64,000 nt of DNA from the human T2T-CHM13v2.0 reference genome, Homo sapiens: the NCBI RefSeq assembly GCF_009914755.1, contig NC_060927.1, one strand, 5' to 3'. Shown in pieces: positions 29,825 to 44,221 of this stretch. The notes under the pieces are model-generated. The model saw only the letters and a list, made by a program, of their open reading frames with translations. It was not told the DNA's origin and made no database searches. Position 1 is the first letter of the stretch. Every line of letters starts with the position of its first letter. Position numbers and translations under genes: made by a program.

Positions 29825-30635
29825 TTAGTCAAGTTCAGCGAATAATTTACATACAATAAAAATTCCTTCCTTTTTAGTGTGTAGTTCTGAGTTTTGACAA
29901 ATGTGTAGTCTTGGAACCACCACAACAATCAAGATACAGAACAGTTCCTAACCCCCAAACTTCTCAACCCCCGTTTCATGCCCCCACCAGCCACTGATTT
30001 GTTTTCTGCCCTTGTAGTTTTGCCTTGTCAAAAATCTTATATAAATAAGATCATATAGTAAGTAGTTTTTTGAGTCTCCTCAAACATACTGTTTATCCAT
30101 TCACTAATTGAAGAACATATGAGTTTTCAGTTTTGGTGGGTGACAGTAAAGTCACTCTAAACATTTGTGTACAAGTGTTTTTTTTTTTTTTAATGTATGT
30201 GTGTGTATTTGAACATAAGTTTTTGTTTCCCTCGAATGGACTTTCTGGGTTATACGGTGAGTGCATGTTAAAATTGTCAAACTGTTTTTCAAAATGGCTG
30301 TACCATTTTGTATTCCCACCAGCAATGTATGTGAGCTCCAGTTGTTCTGCATCCTTGCTGGCATTTGATATTTTCAGGACCCATTTACTTTTTTTAATTT
30401 TAACCATTTGAGCAAGTGTGTCATGATATCTTATTGTGGATTTAATTTGTATTTCCCTAATGACTCATGATGTTGTGCCTTTTTTCTTGTGCTGATTTGC
30501 TATTCTTATATTGTTTGTTGAAGTGTTTGCTTTAAATTTTAGCTCATTTTAAAATCGACTATTTTCTTATTATTGAATTTGGGAGTTCTTTACATATTCT
30601 GGATACAGTTCTTACTAGATACACAGTTTGCCCAT
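29825..30635 (-). mobile_element. Old L1M (L1MC/ME-type) 3' fragment
   Basis: ORF 30093..30407(-) resembles the L1 ORF2 C-terminus (KDAEQLELTYIAGGNTKWYSHFEKQ); L1M 3'UTR motifs. Confidence 0.78.
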
Positions 30636-30929
30636 GTCCATGCTTTTAAAAACCTTAGTTCAATATCAGAATGATATGGGGATCCAAACACCTTCCTAGC
30701 CCTACTTGATATTAGCTAAATCTCTTAGAGATGGTTTCAGGAATCTGTAGTTTTTATATACAGACTATGTACTCAGACTTATGCAATTACATTTGGAAAA
30801 TTACAGAATGAGTATACTGTGGCCACCCCAATACAAGGATCTTCTCCTAATTTCTTAAGTTTTTGCAGTGACAGCTCATTTATCTGATAAAGAATGAGCA
30901 GTAATCCTCTCTAGTAATTGAAATTTGTT

Positions 30930-31210
30930 GCAGGGACCTGCAAACTACTGCCACTTGTTTTGTATAGCAAGGTAGCTCAGGATGGCTTTTACAGTGTTTA
31001 ATGATTCAAAAAAAATAATGTTTTGTGATGTGAAAATTGTATGAAATTCAAATTTCAGTGTCTGTAAGTAAAGTTTTATTGGAACATAGCCATACTTATT
31101 CATTTACATATTGTCTTTGTCTGCTTACATACTGTAGAGGCAGAGATGAGTAGTTGTAGCAGAGACCACGTGATTGGCAAAGCTTAAATTTTTTGCGACC
31201 TGATACTAGA
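30930..31210. mobile_element. MER58B-like hAT-Charlie element
   Basis: taaagttttattggaacatagccat...gcagagatgagtagttgtagcagagacc. Confidence 0.7.
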
Positions 31211-31431
31211 CAGAAAAAAAAAAAAGATTTGTTTTGGAGCCATTTTCAATGAAACTTTTAAAAAACTTTGTTATTTAACCTTTTTTGGACAGTTCAGTTA
31301 TCGGTATAAACACTGTTTTTCATAACTTTGCTTTAATATAATGATGCCCTTGGGAATTATTGTTGATTGAACTCTTATGACAGCCTATTTAATTTTTGAA
31401 GTGACTTTAAAAAGTACAGAGTTAAATCATT

Positions 31432-31687
31432 TTTCTTTCTCTCTCTCTTTTTTTTTTAAGACGGTGTCTAGCTCTGACGCCCAGGCTCGAGCGATTCTCC
31501 TGCCTCAGCCTCCCGAGTAGCTGGGATTACAGTTGCCCGCCACTATGCCCAGCTAATTTTTGTATTTTTAGTAGAGACAGGGTTTCACTGTGTTGGCCCG
31601 GCTGGTCTCAAACTCCTGACCTCGTGATCCGCCCATCTCGGCCTCCCAAAGTGCTGGGATTACAAGCATTAGCCACTGCACCCAGCC
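31432..31687 (-). mobile_element. AluS with ~40-nt internal deletion
   Basis: cccaggctcgagcgattctcc junction joins two separated Alu segments. Confidence 0.9.
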
Positions 31688-34600
31688 TCTTTTTTTAAGA
31701 AGAAAAAAAAATTACACTCCGGTAAATTTCTGGGGACTTTCAAAATCAAATGTAGGTAGAAATCTTATGTAAAGTAAGAGTATGCCGTATGCCAGCTCTG
31801 AGTAAGGGTCTGTGGGGCTTTCAGAAGTTCATGAGTATCCAACAGATTTAACCACCTTAAAATGTTTCCTTACGTTTTTTTTTTAGCTTATATTATTGGT
31901 CCTGTTTAAAACTTATTACAGATATTTGTGTGAATGAAGTATCATTTCATCTTTTTAGAAACTTGTATCAGAGGTACCTAGGCTAATTTATCACCAAATT
32001 TTTCATCTTGCCTGATGAGCATTTCCAGTCCTGATACAGCTCCTCAGTGACCAAATACCAGGGGAGTCTCCCCTGGACTTTTTTGGCTTTTGTTTTTCCA
32101 ATGAGTCATAAAGGCTTAGTCATTTTCCATTAACTTTAGGAGTTTTAACTGCATATAGTAAAACTATGAATGACTTATAAGGATATCTTTCCCTCTTCAC
32201 CGCTTCCCCATCAGCAACAAATTCTGTTTTGTTTATTGACTATGGAGGAGTCCATGATTGACTTTAAGTATTATATTCACTAATTTTTGAGTAGCATCTT
32301 CCCACCAAATACTTTGAAAATATTAGGTTTTTCTTTTATATTATGAAGGTCTGTGTAAATATCGAATACAAGAGTTGACAAATACTGTGAAAGACTCTTT
32401 TTGTCTAGATGGGAGTCCTGACGTAGAAGAAAGAGAAAGATAGGGGCTCACTTAATGGTCCACGTTCTTCCCATCTGTACATCTGGAGTTTGCCTTAATA
32501 TCTGGGCCGGTAGCTCTTTTGGAAAGGGCTATTCACTCTCAATGTCTGCATTTATAGATCACTTTCTGGCTTTTCCTAGAAAATATTTTCAATTCTGTCA
32601 GTGATTGCTGGATTCTAAGTTAACATGTTTGCTTCTGTTGTTTTCCCAGCATTCTCTGGTCAGACCTCATTATTTCAAATTGGTCTTTGGTGGATCCACA
32701 AATCATTCCTTCTTTTTATAGTTTCCCCATTGAAGCTCCATAGAGCTAATCTTTGAAAGATCATTTTACTTTTACTTTTTGTTGTATGAGTTGTTCCAGC
32801 TCTCAAATTTCTATAAGAAGTTGATTGGTGTTGTGATTGACAACACCTGAAGTCAGAGTGGTCTCCTTTGGAGGCAACAGTCTTACTTGTTTAAGGATTA
32901 ATTTTAATTATATAAGATGCTGGTAATTTTTGTACACGTTCCAGTAAAGTGATATGGTCATTTTGTTGCTGTTACTAGAGTATTCAGTTAGTTTCTTAGA
33001 TAGTATTGGGTTCCATCAGAATTTTTATGTGTGCTATTTTCTCTTTTAAATTTATTTTTAGATAAAGGGGGGAAGGCTCTTACACAGTTTAAACAAGTCA
33101 AACATAGCATGTATTTTTAAAATTCTTGATATAAGGGGAGACAGTTGTGAAGAATCTGAAAGTTTTGGGTTGGAAACAATGAATATACAGATTGCAAACT
33201 TGTCATGGTTTATATTGAAAAGAGGAGAGAGCATGAGCAAAAGAATGAGCTGAAGCCTTTTTGCTTTGGGGATGATATGTTCAATTTGTACTTATTTTAG
33301 AATGGTCTCTTTCAGGTTCATATGGTGTATTAGAAGTTAACACTGGTTAAAAATATGCAGTGCTACGAAAAACAAATGTATCCTTCAAGGGAGTTATGAT
33401 ATAAAATTTTCTAAACCATCTAAATAATTTTGACTCTATATAAAAAAAGTGAGGCAAGTGATTCCTTTATAGCAGAAAAGGATTTGGACAGAATCTTGTC
33501 TTCCTGTTCCTAGATACAGGCTGCCCCTGATTTTCTTTCATTTCCTCTGCAGAGGGTATTACATGATAACCAAGCAAACTGTAGGTTGTACTGAAGCCAA
33601 TTTCAGTAGCAATCATAGAGAAATCTAGGGCATTTAGAACGCGTTGCAGATGAACATAAAAAATTTGGTGATCTTCAAGAAGCTTTCTGAATATGGAAAG
33701 TGTTGACTTTCCCAGGCTGTACTCTGATCATCTGGCCCCAGGAAAACCTTTTAGTAAATGTTACAGTCCACATTTGTATTCACTGGACAGTTAGTGACTG
33801 ATAACATGGTCTCCATTTACTCTGATACTGAAGACTCTGTGAGAACTATTAGTTGAAACAGGAAAAGCTCACCTTTTTAAAAGGCACCAGGTTGAACAAA
33901 AGGTTAAAATGTACTTGTGGTGAAAGATACTATACAGTTGGATATAAGCAGATTGTTGTTATCTTGGATGCTAGAAATAGTGAAATCAGCAGCAGCAATG
34001 AAGAAAGCAATATTTGGTGTAGGTGAAAGTTAGCATGGCAATTACCCTAGATGAATAGGCTTCAGTTATTACATTTTTACATGATGTATAATACTTGTAT
34101 CCAAAAGACAAATGTCTATCACTTACACTAAATCAACTACATTTCATTCTACCTTATTTTTAAGTTGGATAGATTCTTAAGAGGTAATTTAATCTGTCTC
34201 CTCACAGGTCAGGACATGAGGCTCTGATTTGGAAGGTGACTTGTCAAAGTTCATTCACTTGACAAGCTGCTGACAGAGCCAAGACTAAAATTCTGACAGG
34301 TATCTGTAATTAAGAGGGCTCTTTATACTATAATTTGCTTGCGCCTTATATACTATCATAAAGTCCTTATATTTCTGTAAATTGGGCAAGTAAATCTATA
34401 TTTATTACATTTCAGATGCTAAAGTGTCATGGAGATTTAGCAGAAAGCTTTTACTACAGCAACTCAAAATACAGAATTAGGAAACTACATTTAGTTTTAG
34501 CTATGCCAAAAAGTTTTAATCTGCATGTTAATATGTTGGTTAGATTTTGGCTGGCTACACTTCTACTCAACAGTTTTCCTTCATACCCTTCTTGATGGTG

Positions 34601-34885
34601 ATAATTTGATGATTCTTCTGTCTCAGTAAACTATAATTACATAATCTTCACATAGAATTCTACTTTACTTTCTAATCTTGGACATTCAGCTGAAAAAGTT
34701 TGGAGTGGCGGAGCTTATTAAACATTTTAGACATTCTGATTTCCCCTTAACTCAGGCCTACAATGTGTATAGGAAACATATTCTCCCTCAGGCGGACATA
34801 TGAGGTTAGAAAGAGCTTTAGACGTGCAGTAAACTATTGATTATATTGTTATTCCTTGCCAGGAAACATTGCTTCAGATTCTATT

Positions 34886-35128
34886 TCTTTTTCTTCTAGA
34901 GACAGGGTTTCACTCTGTTGTCCAGGCTGGCGTGCAGTGGTGCAGTCATAGCTCACTGTGGCCTCAAGCTCCTGGGCTCAAGTGATCCTTCTGCCTCAGC
35001 CTCCTGAGTAGCTAGGACTACAGGCCCAGCTAATTAATTTTTTTTTTTTTGGTAGAGTGAGGGTCTCACTATATTGCCCAGGCTGATCTTGAACTCCTGG
35101 CCTCAAGTGATCCTCCCAGCTTAGCCTG
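34886..35128 (-). mobile_element. AluJ, partial
   Basis: tcatagctcactg...ctcctgggctcaagtgatcc AluJ diagnostics. Confidence 0.85.
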
Positions 35129-35309
35129 CACTGGGATCATTTCTGCAGATTCCTAAGAGCAAGTACTCACTGTAAATTGCAGCACAGATTCTGTACTAGA
35201 CAAGTGACTAGATCTATGTTAATCAGTGACTTAGTGGGACCTCACTAGAAGCAATACCTAATAGAAAATAACTAATTATAAGAATTTATTAACTTTAATG
35301 AGGCCAATA

Positions 35310-35510
35310 ATAGGCTCTATTTATTGAGCTGCTGCTTAGTGAGTAGCAGATGCTTTCTTTCGCCCTTCACATACCTTATCTAATTTAGTCCTCACAACAT
35401 TTATCCTTATTTTACAGATGAGGAACCTGAGGTTCAAAGAAATTAAGTACTTGCCCAAGGTCTTTTAGCCTGGAAGTAAGCAATATTTGAGTCCTGATCT
35501 GTACTCAAGA
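35310..35510 (-). mobile_element. MIR
   Basis: MIR core attttacagatgaggaacctgagg. Confidence 0.75.
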
Positions 35511-37019
35511 TACTCACAAATACTTCTTAAACACTTAAAAAAATTCAAAACAGATCCAGGTTGTTGCTCTGTATACTCTGTTTATTTGTATGTTATTGAA
35601 GTCTTAGCATCCTCCTCACTGGAGTCTCTCAGTGTGACTGGCAGCTTAAGTTTTGGCTTTTCTCTTCTCAGAGTGCTAGCTGTTTTCAGCCTTTGTTGGG
35701 AATAGAGAACTATCAAGAGTTCACATGTAACTGAAGTACCAATAAGGTGAATATAAATTTCTTTCTGAAAAAAAAATTACCCCACTCTTGTGAAACTGCA
35801 TGGAGAGCCAAAGGGTTGACAGAATCACTTCTTAAAATCTATGTGTAACTCCCTGTTACTTGTGTGGGAATTTTCTGGACGTACTTTGAAACACTGGCTG
35901 GCTTCCTCAAGTCTGCTGTGCGGTCACCTTATTCTGTATAGATTGTTTCTAGGGGAAGAAATATTATTTTTATGTAAGCTTACTTTTATTAAAATTAGGC
36001 AGATATAGCTCCTGATCTTCTGTGGAAGTATCCTCCTAGGTTGTATAAAACTGATTTGATTCTAGGAATGTACCCATGATCTCAAGGTATCTTTTAGACA
36101 AACACATTTTTAGTCAGTGAACATGACCAGTTACTGAGCCTGTGGTGGCCTAACAGTGGAATTGCAGAAATTTCAAGATTTACACATTTGTTTTCTGTTC
36201 CTAACTTTTGATTTCCGTAATCCAAGATTTCCAGAAATGTGTGTAGAGTTCTGACAAATAGTTATCAGAATGGAATTGCCAGTATTGCAGTTTGCTTTGT
36301 GAGAGCAAGATTTTAAGAGATTATTTTACCATGCCTGTTTATCCCATGACTCTATCTAAAGTAAAGTTGTTGGGGAATTTTGAATATTGCTCTCAATCGT
36401 TTAAAGTTGAAATGAATTTACTACTCCTAATAGGAAGGAAAGTGCTAGCTAAAGTATCTAGTTGCAAAAGAGAATTTGAAAATGGAAATATCTGACTCAA
36501 AGGATAAATAGAACTTGCAGTAGCTGGTGCTTAAGGAAGCTCTTTTGTCATATGAAGCCAATAAACTAAAATGGTTTTTCTTCCCCTGGTGTAAACTTGT
36601 ACTTAAGCTGGGCTGGAAGTGATCTTTGGGTTTTAATGGGCATGGCTGGGTTTATCCTACAGAGGTTTAAGGAGATGGGTGGCTTTTCTTTCTAGGCTAA
36701 GGCAAACAGAGTACTGGCTGCCAAACCATTTGAGGGCTTGTGTAAGTGCCAGGAAAAGTGCCATTCAAGTAGTGAAACAACAGAAGGTTGGAGTTTCTTT
36801 AGGGATACATGGAATAAAAATAAAATGAATTCTTACTATCTGGATATGCTTTGTGAAAAATTGTTCTGAAAAAATTGTCTACTACTGCTTATATAATGGT
36901 ATTTACCCTGTTGAGGATGCCTTATGACTATCAGTGGCCTGTTTTTTTCGTAGAATGTCTGACTACCTCCATGAGAATAATTGATAAGTACCTTTAAAAT
37001 ATCCTGCAGTGCTCAAGTA

Positions 37020-37260
37020 CAGTTGACCCTTGAACAGTGTGGGTTTGAACTGTGTGGGTCCATTTATACACGGATTTTTTTTCAATCAAGTGTAGATCAG
37101 AAATAACAGTGCTTGGCGGGATGCAAGGCCTGTGTATACTGAGGGACTTTTCATATACCTGAGTTCCGCAGGGCCAACTGCAAGAAGTGAGTATGCACCT
37201 ATTTTGGTATCTGTGGGGGTGCTGGAACCAGTCCCCCTCACGTATACCCAGGGATGACTG
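37020..37260 (-). mobile_element. MER8 (TcMar-Tigger) MITE
   Basis: cagttgacccttgaaca...gggatgactg termini flanked by TA on both sides. Confidence 0.85.
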
Positions 37261-38329
37261 TACTTATGATGGCTATTATTTCTCTCATATTACAGGGGCG
37301 TAAACATAAGTGATGTTAGTTTGTTTAAGATTATTTAGTTGGTGAGTGATGGAGCTAGGGTTGGAATCAAAGTAAGAGTTCTCTTGGTTACACCATGCTG
37401 CTTCCTTGTGCAATAAATATTCACTGAATATCTCAAAGAGCCAGTGTTCTGTGCAGTGTACTGCAGAAGTTACTGTGTAAGAGTTTAATCTTTCTCTAAG
37501 TATAATTTTAAGTTATCTCTTTATGTTTAATTACGAAATTTTATAAACCCATTTAAAAAGTAAACTGAACAATTTAAAAACAGCAGAAGTGCTTCCTTTT
37601 TACTCATCTTTATGATTTTAAGAGTAATTAGTTGCTAAGTTCATATATTCCTGAATTGTTCTAAAGTAAAGCAACCATGTAAAATGCAGTTGTTTTTTAA
37701 AGAAGGTACAGGAGACAAGAAATCTAGGAGAATGTTTCTTCAGTTGTGACTCATTTAACTTTCAGGGCCAGTTGAAATTCATAAATGTTCACATTTGTTA
37801 ATCAGAATCCAGGGTACTTCAGTAAGTGCTTGGTAAAGTATTAGAGATTTGGTGGGTTTATTCAGTACCAGTTGTATTTCAAGAATTGAACTCCTCTAAC
37901 TATGTTGAATACCTGGTTCACTTTACTTTCTAATCAGAAATTTGTTCACTTTGTGTCTGTGACTATATCTGCACAGTGGTTGCTAGATAAATGTAGGATA
38001 ACTCTTAACCTTTCACCCTACAGAGGTTAGCAAAACTATCACATTAGGCCTGAGGAAGAAGCAGCATAGGAGAAATGTAAATATGCGAGCACTTTGAAGA
38101 TAAATCAGTGGCTGACACAAGACCAGTAATATACTCAAGACCCTTGGATGTCTGAAATGGCAAAGCGAATTATGCAGTGTGCTTGCAAGCACACATGCTT
38201 GTGCATGCATGCACATGCAGAAGGTTAAAATGGTTTTAAATGCTATGAGGTCTCTAATTCAGGTTCACTGAGTGGTCCAGTTGTCTAAATTAGTTCTGTC
38301 ATACCGTCACGTTGTGATTATCGTCTAGA

Positions 38330-38525
38330 GCAGTCCTATCTAATAGAACAACTGTGATGATGCAAACGTTCTGTATTCTGTACTGTCCAGAATAGTAGCC
38401 ACCAGCCCCATATGGCTATTTAGCACTAGGAATATGATTAGTGAAACTGAGGAGATCTGAATTTTTAAAATTAAATTTATATTATATGTAACAGTTACAT
38501 ATGATTGGCGGCTACCATATATAGT
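38330..38525. mobile_element. MER3-like hAT-Charlie element
   Basis: ctgtccagaatagtagccaccagccccatatggctattt motif. Confidence 0.7.
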
Positions 38526-38615
38526 GTGAAACAATTATTTGTGACACTAAAGGATAGAACGATGTTGGATCGATAGAACATATTGATTTTGGTTCAGCTT
38601 AAGGATGTCATTTCC

Positions 38616-38923
38616 TTTTGTTTGTTTGTTTGTTTGTTTTGGAGACGGAGTCTCGCTCTGTCACGCAGGCTGGATTGCAGTAGCACAATCTCAGCTCACT
38701 GCAACCTCTGCCTCCTGGGTTCAGGCGATTCTCCTGCCTCAGCCTCCTGAGTAGCTGGGACTACAGGCACATACCACCACACCTGGCTAATTTTTTGTAT
38801 TTTTGTGGAGACGAGATTTCACTCTGTTGCCCAGGCTGGTCTCGAACTCGGGAGCTCAGGCATTCTGCCCACCTCGGCATCCCAAAGTGCTGGGATTACA
38901 GGCGTGAGCCACCATGCCCAGCC
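38616..38923 (-). mobile_element. AluS
   Basis: (TTTG)n tail; TSD aggatg(t/c)ca(t/a)ttc. Confidence 0.93.
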
Positions 38924-41807
38924 AGGATGCCAATTCTAATATATGTCCCATTGAGCGTTAGACTGTGAGGAATGCACATCCTCAAATCCTCACATCCTCA
39001 AATGCACATCCACATCTTCAAAACATAAAGTTTTGAAGAGAACCTTAGTGACTTCTTGATGGGAATAGAAAGACAGAGCCCAGGAATCAATTTGATGGGC
39101 ACTCAGAATAAATGATGTCCTGATTGAGCTCATTTTGAGGTTATGGGATGTTTCTTGAGAAGAAAGGAAGCTTAACTTGAGTGCTTTCTGTTAATACCTG
39201 CATCAGCATCTTCTAAGAATAGACAAGGTCTAAGTCTTAACTTTTCTTGGGTAGCTTCTGTTTTGTTACTCCCAGCAAAAAAAGGTTTTGGATTCAAAGC
39301 ACCAATCCATACAGTTGTTGGCTTTAACACAGGAAGCTTATGAGGTTGTCCATGTTTGCGGGCATTTTAAAAATCATTTATGGTAGCTGAGTCAGATAAA
39401 CCTTATATGGAAAGTTTTATCTGTGTTCGACAGTTTAACCAATATAAGTAAAGACTGCTCTGTTTCTACCTTGCTACCTTTTCCCTGCTTTTTCACTCTT
39501 CCTCTCACTCCAGATCATTTGTGCTGTCAGATGGAAATTCTGACTCAGCCATTTTCTCTTTCCCAATAAGTTACCCACTTTACTCTGTGGTCGCTGATAA
39601 TGATGTAGATGGTCTATGATATTAAAGTAGTACTTCTGATGTGAGGACTTATATCATCTCAGCATTTTCAAAACCCGCTTGCCTGCAATCTGGTGTATCT
39701 GCGGTTAGCCATAACATATCTACTTGCCAAACAAGTGGTTTAGGTTACCGGGGTTTTCATTTAACTTTGAATTTAGGGGATTAGAAAAAAAAATAACTCA
39801 GGAACATACTTTGATAAATTACGTGAGAATGAAATGTTGGGATTCAATCAGTTTTACTTTTCAGAATGATTCTTCGCAGTGTGTTTGTTGAAGTGTGCAT
39901 GTGTTGTTGGCACACATTTAAAACTTATGCTTATTACCCTTGTAAAACTGTTGATGATGCTATTATATAATATAGTGCTCCCTATTTTAAGTTGCCACGT
40001 GATAACTGAATTTACTTGTACAGTTGATACTAATAAAACATTTCTTTGCAGTAAAGAGCTGGTATAATTTCTCCATTCTGATAATGAAAACTGAACAACT
40101 TTTCATATTTCTCTTCTTACATTGGTGTTCAGGAAGATTGTCGACAAATTTGGGACCATATGTGGGCTTTACTTTTGTTAATTTTCAAAGGAGCATTATA
40201 AAATAAATCAATAAAATTGCTACTACAACTGATTTTCTTCCTTGTAAATATTTCTTGCTTCACTGTTTAGATGCTTATATTAGAATAAAAACATGTATCT
40301 CTCTTTATTATGAAATATTTTGAAAAGGATTATCAGATTCGCCTTCATGGAAGATGAATTGGAAAATATAGAAGTGTTTAAAACGGAAGATAAGCTACAT
40401 TGTAATCTCATAGTATGTTGTTAATGTTAGAATTTTGATGTTTATTCTTTCTGGTACCTTCTAAATTTAAATAGAAAAGTCAAGTATTTCAAATATAGTC
40501 AGGGTATCCTATAGGGAGGCATAAGATCAGCCCTAGACTCTGCCTGTAACATGGAGAGTACGTTTGGGACTTAACCTGTGCATTAACCCGTATGATATGC
40601 TACATGGATGATTATCCATAGGGTGTATAAAAATAACAGACCTCAGAATGTCAGTTGTTTCTACAAAACACCTACATACACTCTGGAGAATGTGAGTGCT
40701 TTGAGGCTGGAACTAGGACCAGTGGATAATCACTATAGGTTGGCAGATTTTGTCCTTTTGAAGACAGTTTTACCTCTGGTTATCGGAAAAATGGGCTGTG
40801 TTTTAAAATAAAGGGAGTTTCCGGTGGCTGAAACATTTAAAAGGAGTCCAGATGATTGCTTGGACAAGATAAGGCTGAATTTGACAACGATTAAAACCCT
40901 TTTTGATAGTGTATCTATAATTTTAATAAAGTGATAGATCATATCCAGATAGCTCAGGCCCTCCTCATATCTTTTGGGTACTAGTTCAGCTTCTGCAGAT
41001 TCAGGGACAAATTGCAATAATAGAATATACTTCAGTCTTGCTGTTGAGATAGTAAGAAATCATTATGAGGAGTCATCAAGGTAATCAGCAATTCGGAAAT
41101 TTCTCACACCTGTTATAATGTGTCAAACCATATCTTCATGTTCATGGTTTAGCAATATGTGCTGTTGACAACATGAAATAAGTGAATTTAATTATAGAAC
41201 TTAAAATGTAATATGTAAGACATTTAAAAAGCACAGGAAATAGAAAAACCCATGAACCTACCACCCACATCAAATGTTAATATTTTGCCTTATTGTGTAT
41301 CTTTTCTCTTTTTGCTTTTGAAGCAGAATGGCTCATGCAGCTAAGGCACTCATGCCCCTCTTCGTCTCTCTGGAGAGAGAACTACTGTTTGGAGTTAAGT
41401 TTGTGTCAGTGCCATATTATTAAAAAAATTTTTTTTAACCATAGGTATATCTATCTACAAACTATATTTTAATGTTTAATGTTCTGCTGACTGAAGTTAA
41501 GAAATATTTTTAAAATTATTGTAGTTCTTCACATGATTCTCCACATGGAAAAATGTAATAATTTCATAATTTTTAATTTTAGTTAGCATGGTATTAGAAA
41601 CATAGAAAACATATTTTTGGCGTAACGTTCTGACCTAATAACATAAATTGAAGTGGCTTTTAAGCTTTTTGTAATCTATAGAATGATGTGTGTTTTACAT
41701 TTTGACCTAGTACCTATCATCTCTGTATGTATATATTTCTGTGATGTTTATATATAATACGGGAAAAGTTTCCCCAAACTAGTTTCCTGTACTGTGTGTG
41801 ATTTATA

Positions 41808-42122
41808 CTAGTCCCTTCGTATTTGTGGGGTGGGGTGTAGAGGTGGTTCCAAGACCTCACATGGATACTAAAAATCTATGGATACTTCAGCCCCTAATAT
41901 AAAATGGGGTAGTATTTGCATATAATTCATACATATTCTACTGTATACTTCACATTGTCTGTAGATTACTTATACTACCTAATACCGTTCATTTAGGAAA
42001 CAATGATAAGAAAAAATGTCTGTATGTATTCAGTACAGCCACATTTTTTTTTCCTGAATATTTTTTATTTGTGGTTGATTTAATCCATGAATCCAAAACT
42101 CAGGGCTATGAGAGCCAACTGT
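41808..42122 (+). mobile_element. MER2 (TcMar-Tigger)
   Basis: ggttccaagacctc...tataaaatggggtagtatttgcatataa...gagccaactg. Confidence 0.75.
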
Positions 42123-44158
42123 CCTCTGTTATTCTCTAGACTATTGACTTTTAAAATGCCTTTCTCAGGCTTAGTAAATTGATTTTTTGACCTAATAATA
42201 GATTGCCACCCATAATTTGAAAATCATTAAGAGTAATCTTAAATTTGATCTAATCATAATTAATCTAAAATTAAGACTGACTTTTAATATATAAGCACAA
42301 GCTTTTCCAGTATAATAAAGGTGTTTTAAATGATAGGTCAATACATTAAAATAACATTCTTTACACAAGATTTGATTATATTTATTTTAGCTAATTCATT
42401 AATTTTTGTAAATTAAGTCCGTGTATGTCTTACCCATTTAAAAATTAGATATTAATTAATTGAAGTGTTTTAGAGAATATGCGATGGTTAATGTAGAATA
42501 TTTTCTTTCTGTCTATTCTTACCATGATTTACCTGGAGGGAAGGAGGGCCATCATTGTGTCAGGGAAGGGGAAGGAGCTCTTGAGCTCTTGCTGGCTTAG
42601 ATGTTGACCCCCAAGCCCTGTCACCAGTGAACTCTGTACAGCCTTAGAAAACCCCTTCTTCCTTCTGGCTTTCAGTTTCCTCACTTATTAAATGAGGGTG
42701 TTATCTAGCTCATCTTGAAACTACTTTTATTCTGTGAAACATAAGGTAACTAGGACCTGGGCTTCAAGATATTAGAATCGGTTGAGAATATGAAAAGCTG
42801 ATGAAAAAGAACAGGGCTTTCTGTTCGAATTACTGGTTTTGCTGTTATGTTTGAGCGAGGATTAAGCAGGTTGTATCCAGTTGAATATAGTTCTTGGGCA
42901 AGAATTATTCCTCCATTATAAAACCATTTCAAAATAATCTTGACCTCCCCAAGATCTCCCTCCCTTTTTGTGGCATTATCCCTCAGTCGTGAAGGACACA
43001 ACTAATGTTGAGTGTATATGTGAACATACATAAGTGCAAAGAACGGCAAAGGAACGTTTTTCATTCTGTTTCAGTTAAGTGTCCTCATAGGCAAATCCAA
43101 AGCTTCGGAAAGAAATCTATCACTTTTCCTAAGCCCTGGGGAATGTTTCATGAGTCCTACTCAATTGCAGTAATCTGAGGCTTTGGGGAATTTCCTTTTT
43201 TTAACATGAATTACATGCTTGGAATAGAGTGAGAACATATCACCTAAACTACACGTCCTTAAAACAGCACTTTACATGATGAATCCTTCATGTTTTGTCT
43301 GTTTGTATGTTTACGAAGCAGGAGTTTAAATTGCAGCTTGGGGTAAACATGGATACCATTGTTTACCCCAAACCATTTCTTCAAGACCATTTCTTCCCAT
43401 TTTGCTTCTGAGAAGACAGGTCAGGAAATGCCCTTGCCTGGCTCTTCAGGTGGAGGCAGAGTTGGGGCAGATTCCTGGTTTCCTTCAGGGTTCCCATTTT
43501 CTTTTGGTTTGTAGATTATTTTGGGGCAGCCCAAGGTTTAGAGGGACCTAGAGACCTAGTTCTAACTCATGTCCCTGGGGATTGACCCACTGAAGAATGT
43601 TTAAGAAATTAAGAATTTTTAAAGTAGAGCTCTGCCCCTACCTGAGGGACTAGTGAAAATATATTTTTTCTTGAAAGACGCCAGGGTAGACATAAATTGC
43701 TGGGAGAGGATCGTCTGAACCACAGGGAAGCATAGATTAGATTTCTTTTAACACCTCTAATTATGCAGTAACTCAGTTCTCTCTCAGTAGCAATATGCAA
43801 AGCATGACTGATACGTCTGTTATTTCAGCAGCACTTAACCCTCCATTTATAGAAGTGGATTGGAATTTCTAGACCTCTGGAATCTGATTCTGTAAATGTT
43901 CTCACCTCAGGCCAGGGGCCAAGGCTAACCAGTATTTTGTGACACCCTGTGCTTGGCACTAAGCAGGCACTATAGATTTTTGTGACTAAAGACTGCATAC
44001 TTAACTAGTCACTATTTTATGCATTGAGAATTATAAAGTGTGTCATTCTGAAATATTAGAATTGATTTTTTTTAAAGTAAAAAAAAAAAATCCTTTCCTT
44101 TGTATGTTAAAGTATTACTAATGAGCCTTCCTGTCTGTTTTTCCTCCATCTACTGTAG

Positions 44159-44221
44159 TATGCCGAGATTTTGCTGTCCTGGAGGACCACACCCTGGCTC
44201 ACAGCCTGCAGGAACAAGAGA
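44159..44221 (+). CDS. CCDC50: CCDC50 exon 2 ([22 protein letters not shown]), 63 nt
   Basis: Polypyrimidine tract + TAG acceptor, AGA|GTGAGT donor, phase 1-1, frame continues from exon 1. Confidence 0.96.
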
